Assembly (NCBI RefSeq): GCF_018350175.1
Contig: NC_058368.1
Span: forward strand, 156,552,001-156,616,000
Source of the DNA: Felis catus
Taxonomy: Eukaryota
DNA length: 64,000 bases
Reading direction: 5' to 3'
This document shows, piece after piece, positions 54,446-64,000 of this stretch; position 1 is the stretch's first letter; each line of letters begins with the position of its first letter. The position numbers and the translations under genes are program-made. Below the pieces are notes generated by a model, which worked only from the letters and a program-made list of their open reading frames with translations, was not told where the DNA came from and did not search any database.

Positions 54446-55889
54446 TTTTTTTTGAGGACATCAAAAAACTTTTCTCTATATAAATCATATCTATCAGTTC
54501 ACCATTTTAGACATTAAAAATGAGAGCATGTACAACTCATTCATTTGAAAATGATACAATAAATCTATGACATGTTAACATCAGAGCAGTCAAAAATATA
54601 ACCTTTGAAAAATTTCATCGTCCACTCATGAGAGAAAGAGTGAAAAAGACAATAACATCTTAGTATTATTATGGAAATAGTTTTGACTTTAAAGATCTCT
54701 GAAAAGTCTTAGGGATTCCTGGAAGCTCCTGGGCCACACACACTTTGAGAACCATGACAAAGAGCAATGGAAACAGAGCACAATGTAAATACGAATTTAT
54801 TTCCCTTGGGATCTAGAATTAGATGCAAAAGAATATTTATAGTATTATGCGTAACAAGATGCATGCTTGAGTCCCAAAATTGAACCATCTTGGTATATGC
54901 TGGGAAGCTTGAAATTTAAGACAGAAGAACAAGAAATAAAATGAGACAGATAAGAAACTGGAAAAGAAAGAAAAGAGAGACTATGGGATCTATAAAATGA
55001 GAGGAGGCTATGAAAAAATTATGTCTCAGCTTTGGAACATTTACATAAATTGTGGTTAAAACATTTAAAAAGTTTATTTCAATTAATATTTAATATAGAA
55101 ACTCTATGCAAGTGACTGGTTACAAGATTGGAAACACAAAAGTTCTTTGTCCAAAGATATAAGTGTTAATATTAGAAGCTCTTTTGTTTTGGTAAGTTCC
55201 TATAGATACTTTAGGACCTACAGTAATTATATATTTAATTAGACTCCCCATAGAAAAGTGTCAGGTTCCAGATAATCTTCCTTATAAGTAAATTCGTTAG
55301 CTGGTAAGATACTTTGCAGTAGAATAAAATTCTTTAGACTGAAAAAAACAAAGTACTCTACTGGGTGATTAAATATATAAATATTAGGCAATAAATAAAT
55401 AAATAAATAAATAAATAAATATATTAGGCAATAAAACTGAAAACTGTCATCTATCAAGCCTTTGTCTTTAAAATCATATCTTTGTCTTTTTATTTCTTTT
55501 CTACAAAATACTCATTCAAGAGTCTGTTACTCGTCTTAGTACCTATTACAGGATCTCTGATTCTGAGGGCTGGGAAAAATGCCTCAGAGGCCAAGTTTGA
55601 ATAGCTCACCAGGGACTTGAATCCTCTCTACAACCAGGCAATCCGATAGGCTCTGGTTTCAGTCATGGGGAAATCACTACCTCCACAGGACTATTCCGAT
55701 ATGTATGTTTGGCAATTATAATTTTGGGGAAGTGCTTCTTTACAGTGCACACAAAATTACGTCTCGGTCACATTTGCCTATTTTATGATTTGCCCTCTGT
55801 GGTCATTTTTAAGTTACAATGAAATAATGGGTGCAAAGGGAGGGTATAGCAACTGTCACTTCAAGTATCTGCTCATTACCCACCCTCCT

Positions 55890-56160
55890 GCGCTATTAAT
55901 GTGGATGGCTTGCTGAGCATCTATTCTAACTTTTGGTGTCTCTTCCTAAACGAGACAGGCTGTAAAGGCCAAAATCACATTTTTAGACTCCCTTGCAGCT
56001 AGGGTTGCAGATGTGTGTTTGGCCAACCCGGTCAGATGTACTTGCCTAAGATTTTATATTAGTATTCAGTTAACTGAGAGCGTGTGGAGTGCATTTTGCT
56101 GCTGTAGACTGCAAGCAGAAGTAGCATAATTAATTGTCACACTGTCTTCTCCACATGCCA
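55890..56160 (+). mobile_element. LTR33-like ERVL LTR fragment
   Basis: cacatttttagactcccttgcagctagggttgcagatgtg resembles the recalled LTR33 motif. Confidence 0.6.
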
Positions 56161-56184
56161 GTGTGGACACTTGCTTAATTAACC

Positions 56185-56345
56185 CCTCCACATCTCAGTT
56201 TTCTAATTTGTAAAGTGGGCATAACAACAGCAACTAATTAGGTTGTTGTGAGATCGTGATAACCCTTGTTCCAAGCTGAGGGTAGTGTATGACATGTGTT
56301 AAAGGCTCCGTTAATGTAAGTTGCCACTATTTTTATTATTATTAT
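56185..56345 (+). mobile_element. MIR 3' fragment
   Basis: tctcagttttctaatttgtaaagtgggcataacaacag...ggttgttgtgagat. Confidence 0.75.
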
Positions 56346-56394
56346 GATCATTTCCCTGGAGCTATTCTCAACTGACTTGATTTTAAAACACCAG

Positions 56395-56601
56395 GGGCGC
56401 CTGGGTGGCGCAGTCGGTTAAGCGTCCGACTTCAGCCAGGTCACGATCTCGCGGTCCGTGAGTTCGAGCCCCGCGTCAGGCTCTGGGCTGATGGCTTGGA
56501 GCCTGTTTCCGATTCTGTGTCTCCCTCTCTCTCTGTCCCTCCCCCGTTCATGCTTTGTCTCTCTCTGTCCCAAAAATAAAATAAAAAACGTTGAAAAAAA
56601 A
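56395..56601 (+). mobile_element. Young SINEC_Fc with perfect 15-bp flanking direct repeat
   Basis: Same head as the 49041 copy. attttaaaacaccag at 56380-56394 and 56602-56616. Confidence 0.97.
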
Positions 56602-57109
56602 ATTTTAAAACACCAGATATCTCCATCGAGAATAAATTCTGCTTTGTCACTGTCTTTGTTTAAAGAATAGCTTCTAACGCTGAATTCATACCCCAGTGTG
56701 TCTTGAGGAGTCCAGAGGTATCATTCTGGACATTCCCCTTTGATTCAACATAACCAATTTGTATACTGGGAAACAATGTAACAAAATTTATATATGTATT
56801 ATTCACACTCACAGAGCTTAACCTCAATTCAAACCCTAAATTTTTTTCTATATTTTCTACTGTTAATGCAGGACATCACCGTTTTGTATCCCAGTAAGTC
56901 TTTTTAATTATACTCTTTAATGCTCGCCTTGTTGAACTAACCCTATTATTTTGAACTAAATTATTACACATATATATGAATATATGAATATGCATGTATA
57001 TATTATGTGTAAGTACCATAATATTATGTAAATATTTAAAGTCTAAATATATAATATATACATATAGTATAAACATATAACATGTGCATATAGTATATAG
57101 TTAACTATC

Positions 57110-57385
57110 CCTCTCAGCAAGTTTGATAAGGAAGCCCTCAATTGCCTCTTCAAAGTCACTAGTAAATTGGTTGAACATGTTAGACCAAGAACGGAGCCCT
57201 GTATTCCTCCATTTGGCACACCCATTGACATCAATCCTTTATAACAATCACTTTTTGGGTGTGGCCATTCAATCATTTATGCACCTAACTTTACTATCAT
57301 ATAGCCCAAATATTCCTATGGTAAGATTTTTTCCCCAAAGTCTAGTTAAATCCAGATCTTCTCTGTTTGCACCAGTCTCCTAGTC
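57110..57385 (-). mobile_element. CR1/L3 LINE reverse-transcriptase relic
   Basis: Minus-strand translation GIQGSVLGLT, frameshift, then FNQFTSDFEEAIEGFLIKLAE. This parallels the CR1 RT motif PQGSVLGP.LFNIFINDL..GIE..L.KFADD. Confidence 0.75.
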
Positions 57386-60300
57386 CGTCATCCCAGGAAA
57401 TGTATTTCTTATTTACACAACTATGTCATAACAAAAAAAATTTTTAAAAAACGTTTAATTTTAAACAATGATTCTAGCATCTGAAAGCATTTCTTCAAGC
57501 ACCGAATGGAAGCTAGCCATTCAAGCCAGATCACCAATTATCTATTTCTTTACTCAAAGGATCATTTTGTAATCTTACTTCCACAGAACACAATTAATTA
57601 CTTTATAGTATTTCTTTTCCCCTCATTTCCCATTGATAGTGGGACCACCACTTTCTCAGCCCATAGTCCTTCACCTCTAGAGCATATCAAACCCAATTAT
57701 TAATCTCTTTTGTCATCCCACCTATTCTTCCAGAGCAGTATCTTCTGACCATGTGACCTGCATATGAATCACACATGAGTTCTGTAATTCCATGTAAAAC
57801 ACTAGTTCAGACTCAGCCTCACTAGCCCTTGTGTTACATTATCATTTTGATTCCTCTTCTCACAAATATTTAACTGTTTGGTTTTAGAAAAACACTTTTG
57901 CATTTCTAAAATTAGAATATGATTTAGTTTTGTAAAAATGCAAGCACTAAAAGGAAACACCTTTTATTTCTATGTAAGCTATGTTGACATAAATGAAAGG
58001 GGGAAAAAAAAGAATGAAAAGCAATGATTTGCTTTTTCTTCTTGTGATGCCTTCTTTTGTTTAATTTCATCCTTAAGGAAGATATTTATATAGTGTTAGG
58101 ACATTTAACATGTATGTATGTAATGTCATTTTCTAAACTAGGCGTATTATAATGATAAGATTGTCAGGTGTTGGGTATTTTTGATGCATTATAAATTGGA
58201 TGACGTTTCTTTTCAAACTCTACTATCTGCTTAATAATCTTCTATAAGCTTAATTCTTAAAAAGCAAATAGGGACATCATTAGGTTATATAATGGAAATA
58301 AAACATACTTTGGGAAATTTTCAAAACATTTTGTGTAAAACCTAGGTATTTTTGTTTCAAGCAATCAATATAATTTTAAGATTTAAAGATGGCAAAAGTT
58401 AAAAAAAAACTTAAGAATGACATCCATACATAAGCCACTTTTATTTGGTAAATGATTTCACCCTTGCTAATTCACAAATAGGAAGGACTTCCTCCATATG
58501 CTATATGATACTGTCAAAGGAGCTATGTAGCATTTAAAGGAGATCTATTTTCTCATCTTCCTAACAGGTTTTAAGTAATGATCATAAAATCTAAGACTGC
58601 ATTTATCAGATATCATCAATATTAATAAATACGATGATATAATTAAAGGCACATGCTATTAAACATTCAAACTGCTATAGTTCTATAAAAGAAGACATAT
58701 ACCCACTTCTTCCAGTAGAACTCTTGTATTCTGAGGTCCACTCAAGCAACAACTGAATATATCTTAGGCAATTTGCTTGGGTAATCCACAAAAAGTTAAT
58801 TTTTTTTTAAAAGGACAATATCTTATCTACGTTATATATATGTGCTTGGCATTTCTCCAACTGTATATAAAACTTTGAAAGAACAGACTCGCTTTTTTCT
58901 GTACAACTACCTTTTCTTTTTCTTTCTCTGAATAGACCCATAATGTTCAGGGAAAATACCAAGAATAATAAATCCACATCTCTATATAAAATATACCTTC
59001 ATGACATACTCAAGCTGGAAATCACAGGAACCAATAAAAATGCAGGCAGCCTACTGATAATGAGGTCAGAAATACAAATAAATTTACTTTTAATGAAGAC
59101 TGGAAGCACAGTAATCAAAGTGTTAAAATTCATTTCATGCATATCTCATTTGCTTCTTAGCTGATATTTACCACGCAATTCTGTGAGAAAGTAGAGGCCT
59201 AAGATGCTCCAGATAAATGGCTCAATTAATTGTACAGAGGTAGACCTCTTTGAGCTGAGCCAGAGCTGTGAGCTCTTTATTAAAAGCACTATTCTGTAGC
59301 CCATAACCTTGTTCCTTGACTCCTCTCTGGTTTCCAATTTAAACAAGTCCCCATGCGGCCTGCTCTAAAGGGCTTTGTCTCCCTGTCATTGTTAAGAGAG
59401 CTGAGGCATCCTGGAAGTGTGAAATCAGACCTCATGAGTTGAACGGTTCCCCAGGGAACGCCGGACTGCGCAGAAGGTCAAAGTCATGGGCCGGACCATC
59501 TAAAAGTGTCTGATCGCCGGTCTGTGACACAGCAAGGTTGGGGGGGGGGGGGGGGGGTGGCGCTAGACTGAAGAGGACTGAAATTGAACACATCTTAATT
59601 AAAGCCCACAGACAGCAAAACAAAATGTTTTCTAGGCAGCCTGTCAAATGGGGCTTAAATTTAGCTCTGCTAATGAATCTGAGCTGCTAACTGTTATTTC
59701 TTAAGATAATAAGACTCTCACGGAAGCTGATAAAAAAAAACTGTAGCATGTCTTTTTCTGCTGTTTTGTTACTTAAATATTTTTCAACAATGAAGACAGT
59801 TTTCCTAAAGAAAAACATGGGAAAAGTCTATGCAAATAAAAGGGTAGTAAACATCTCCCTTAATAACTAGTAGGTTTCCAGACTATGGGGCTGGTGAGTC
59901 ACAGGTCTTTATGTGTAGCCTTGTTTTAGAAAAAGATATGCTCATTTGATGGGATTGTTTCAGTGACAGATTATGTTAATTGTAAAATCCTCTCCCTCTC
60001 TTCCTTTTTTCTCTCCCTCTCCCTCTATTGTTTCCTGAAAGAGATGGTGCATTAATTTGAGAGATCAATTCACCTGGGGTGGAGAAGTTTTATATTAGTG
60101 TTCCTTTTAATACAGTGAAAAGGTAGGGCATCTGTTGAAAGGGCTTCGCAGTTCCCCCATATCACTGTTTCTGAACCTGAGTGGCTGGTATCCCTGGGGA
60201 GGCTGTGACCTCTTCCTCGGAACTCAAAAAAACAACCCAGGGGAAAATGCAGGGGAGGGGCTGAAGAGAAGAACCCTTTTCTCTTTCTTCTCTTAGAACT

Positions 60301-63300
60301 TGAAAGAACCAATAGGCCAGGTCTAAATACTCTGTGAAGAAAGCCTCACTCGATATAGAAGACCTTAAATGTTCTGTTGAAAGCAGAAATTAGGCCCCAT
60401 CCAACGAAGAGGGTAATTAGAAGCTAGGAAAGACAAACTCCAACACGAACTGTTTCCCACCACCTTAAAAAAAATCCCACCCCCCCTGCCCCGGCTGGCG
60501 GTCTTTCCCTCCTCACAAACTGTCCAGTTTTAAGGAATACTTGATTTAGCAGCAGAATTTTCCCCAGTGAACGCAGGGCCAGTGTCTAGGTTTTGCTTTG
60601 ATGGTACAGAAAGACATTCACCTTTTCACTGTTTAGTTGAAAGGTAAGTAAGTTGTACTGCCAAGTATTTTTCACTTAATCAAACTTTTTCCCTCACGAA
60701 GAATTTAGCTGATCAACTTTGAACACCAGAGTGCCACTTTCTCAGGCTGTGAAAGGCTGCCCACAATTTGACTGAAATTTCAATCCACTCTTGTGCCTTG
60801 CTCAATGCATGTGTATGTGTGGGAGTTGTAAATTGAGGCCTTAACCACCAGAGTTAATCTCTTTTTTAAATCTGTATTAACCTTAATGATTTGAAGTGCA
60901 CTGTCCAACACTGGGCTATTGAGACTGAAGAAAAAACTACCCTCAACTATCAACAGTTTATTAGGGGCTTAACTGAAGTGACCCTACTGTAGGAGTGTTC
61001 AGCTGAACAAGGCTATAGGCTTTTTGTGGAAAGGGAAAGAATTGAGGGTTTCATTAAAAAGTAATTTGTGCTTTGTACTCACTCATTCAAAGAGAGTCTC
61101 AATTGCTCTTTATTCACACAGAGTTAATACAGTATCACAATGTTACTCAATGAATGTGTTGTAACAAAAGAAAAATTTTACATTTTGAAAGGAAAAAATT
61201 CTTTGGAACTGCAGTAAGATTGATGGCTACTTAAAAGATTATGGAATCTCTTTTTCCCCCGGGCCCATGTTAAATGATGGAATACTGTAATTTAAATTTT
61301 TTTTTTGCTTGAACTATGGAAGTTTGACTTTACATTCTGATCGTTAAACATATTTTAAAAGTAGAGCCAAGTTGGTCAAATATACGTTTGTCTTGCTAGA
61401 CTTGCCAGAAAAAAGTGTTCTGATGCCAACTAAGTATCTTATAATAATAGCCTCATTTATACCAGGTCAGAAAATACTCTTTGTTGAGCTCAGAGAGCGA
61501 TCAGTGATTTAAAATCTCTGCTCTCCATCCACAACACTCCTAAATGGATGCTAATTTGAGGATCTGAAGACAGCATCATTGACTCAATGTCTGTTTTTCA
61601 AATCGTTGCTGAATATCTTGTAGAGCCTGACTGTGATTATCACTAGGATGTACAGCAGATTTTTCAAGTTCTTCTCTGAACAAGTAAAAAAGCAAGTATG
61701 CAAAGAGCTTATTTGTGCTCCAGATTTAATGGCAAAGACCAGGGAGGATCAGTTTACCCATAAGTATTTATCCTTTCCAGAAGTAAAGATTATTTTTAAA
61801 GTTGGTAGTATATTCCGACCCTTCTCACTTAAATATGTGGTCCTCAGTTTCTGCCACCATCACAAATGTCATAAAGACCACAAAAGGTCCAAGAGTGAGC
61901 AAGGTCAAAGACTGAATTATCCTCTTGCCCCTGAATAGTTCAACATCTCTCTTGTTCAATTCAGAGCACATTAGATTATAAGGTCAGTGTGGAATGAGGA
62001 ATCATTAGATTTATATCCTAAAACTGGAGGGAAAATAATGGAGAATCTGTTATTTAGTATTCCCCAAATTAAAGTTCATTTTACCAGATCAAAATTATGT
62101 CTCACTGAATCCCTTAGGGAAAAGGCTATTGTTATTCACATTAATTTACATAGAACCATTAGGAAAGAAATATATCTATTTTTTACAGCTTTGAAAGAAC
62201 ATGTACTTTAACTTCCATAGTGGCGTATAGGCCAAGTGGGTTAACATAGTTTGCATATTCATGGAGTTTTAAAAGCAATGACAGCTTCTCTCCAAGAGAA
62301 GCAAACTTAAATAATTACATTCAACTTGTGTAATGGGCAGGTGTCTAAGCTTTTGAAGTAAATGAGACTGGAATATTTTTTATAAGAAATTAGTGTGCCC
62401 CCTATAAATGTTCAGTAATAATTCTTAGCACTTAGGTGCCCACTGAGATACTGATTATTTTAGGCATTTCTCCCTGTCTTCAGAGGTTTTCAGCTCAACA
62501 CTGGGGGCTCCCCTGCCACACAGAAAATCCTGAGGAAAATTGAAGGTGTCTCCCATGATGGTGACTGTCACTGCCACGAATTCCTGAATTTATCTGCTGC
62601 TGGGAATCAGAGGTTAGGTGTAACCTCTGTAGTGTAAAAGCAATACTGAGTTCCTATTCCAGTCTTTAAGTTAACGTCCAAAGTGAACAAAAAAAGAGCA
62701 GTCAATCATTCACTGTTGACTGCTGGTTCTAATAATAAATAGAACATGAAAAAAGAAAAGAAAATGAAATACATTATGTCCAGATTAATTTGAATATAAC
62801 CACATCATAAATAAAAAAGAAAATGAATAAATTTAGCATTCACTAATTGTTTAGTAGGAGGAACCAAGTGGGCATACTTGCAAAAAGATTACAAATTACT
62901 CTCTCTCCCAGTATTTTCAAGTACACCTGTCTTGAAAGAATATTTGACAGTTGTTATTATCTTCTTGGTTACAAATGAGTGGGTAATCACCTGTTTGAAG
63001 AAACTGTAAACTCCCAACATTTTTATTTTTATCACACAGTAAATAGTCACTCGACACTACGCAAATATTAAAATTTTACGAATATTGCCATTTTGGAGCA
63101 GGCATCTGCTATTTTAGTTTTAAGGCATGCGATCTTTTAATTTGGTTTTGATTCTGTTCTGTTTAGATTTGATGAATTAAAGAGGGGTACCAACAATCAT
63201 GTAATGGATTTACAAGCTCTTAGATGGTAGGAAAAGAGCATTTCTCCCCTTCAGGTAAGTCTGCTACCTTGTTAGGATCAACCTGCTCAACATTCACAAT

Positions 63301-64000
63301 GGTAAGCACACTTCTACAACTTATTAAGTGGATGCTTTCTTTCAGGAATCGCAAAATTTACACAAAAATTGTTCAAGATGGATAACAAATCTTGAGACAG
63401 ACAACTTGAGGAATGGAATAATATTCCTCAAAACCTATGAAATTCAAGAGTAAATGAATGATCACATAATTGCAAATTTAAAACAACAATTTAATTCTGG
63501 AAATTGAGGAAATAATAATCATTAGCCAATTATTAATATATCACAGGAACAGCAGTATCTGAATCAGGAAGCTTTAAGAAATAAGACTGGTTTCAGTGTT
63601 TTTACAGGCCCATTTCTTTGTTAAAAAAAGTGGAACAAGGTAGACGCTTAGTGTAGATCCAGAATTATCTCTGGGATGTGCTAAGGAATTTGAACAACAA
63701 AAAGAGTGATTCTGCCCGAGAGAAGGAGATGTAGCATTACTCCAAGGTGCTGAAATGATGAAACCTGGAAGAAATATTCCCACTAATGTCTGGCAAACTG
63801 TGGAGAAGGCAATGATTCAAAAGTCATTTATTGTTTATTTTTTAATACATTACACTTCTTTCAAAAAGCAGGGACACTTTAAAAACTGGGTGGTTGGCAA
63901 ATCCTATAAGATCAAACCTGAAACTTTGTATTTATATTATTTACTTTGATGATCCAGTCAGGTGAAATGAGTTTAGTCATTAAATGGTGTGAACCCTGCA

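Larger units (their letters stand above)
53974..54756. mobile_element. hAT-Charlie (Charlie1-like) deletion derivative interrupted by two Can-SINEs
   Basis: Termini caacagttcttaaacattttggtc... and ...cacactttgagaaccatg; internal aacatcttagtattattatggaaatagttttgac. Confidence 0.7.
46368..64000 (-). other. MCTP1: MCTP1 intron upstream of the exon cluster (preceding exon not seen in the window)
   Basis: Ends with the AG acceptor at 46369-46368. The exon encoding the first strand of this C2 domain was not found up to 64000. Confidence 0.75.

Noticed and set aside
60275..60650. Plus-strand acceptor (ctctttcttctcttag, 60296) and donor (aag|gtaagt, 60643) suggesting an antisense exon
   Set aside because: Such motif pairs are common by chance in 64 kb, and there is no coding or other supporting signal.
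63241..63260. Near-perfect recursive-splice motif tttctccccttcAG|GTaagt
   Set aside because: It is on the plus strand, antisense to MCTP1, and there is no evidence in the window for a plus-strand transcript.
294..63949. The many 60-144 aa ORFs in the supplied track as independent genes
   Set aside because: They are short, many have non-ATG starts or are translations of SINE, L1, L2 or microsatellite sequence, and none shows a recognisable domain. Only 44286..44546 (real MCTP1 exon), 40183..40368 (candidate terminal exon) and 57043..57276 (CR1 RT relic) carry signal.
1..64000. Prokaryote-type systems (CRISPR arrays, operons) or an intact endogenous viral gene
   Set aside because: The sequence is mammalian intron. 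I saw no spaced direct-repeat arrays, long ORFs or gag/pol/env-like coding segments.

Overview
AT-rich, CpG-poor mammalian genomic DNA from a felid, judged by SINEC_Fc-type Can-SINEs and felid-type L1 3' ends. The window appears to lie entirely inside the MCTP1 gene (multiple C2 and transmembrane domain protein 1), transcribed on the minus strand. Five consecutive coding exons are visible (46367-46265, 44490-44388, 44058-43957, 43576-43502, 41448-41329; 503 nt). All have AG/GT boundaries and splice into one open frame encoding most of a C2 domain (by recall the third, C2C) and the linker up to the first membrane segment. The rest is two long introns whose far exons lie outside the window, filled with Can-SINEs, L1 3' fragments, MIR/L2/CR1 relics, hAT and Tigger-like DNA elements, ERVL-type LTR relics and microsatellites. 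Almost all ORFs in the supplied track are spurious. I see no evidence of a new multi-gene system. The best lead is a candidate alternative terminal exon at 40311-40179 (in-frame acceptor, 42 codons, stop overlapping AATAAA) that would give an MCTP1 isoform lacking the transmembrane region. Several nested or inverted retroposon structures are also worth checking. Repeat family names come from recall of consensus sequences, not from a search.
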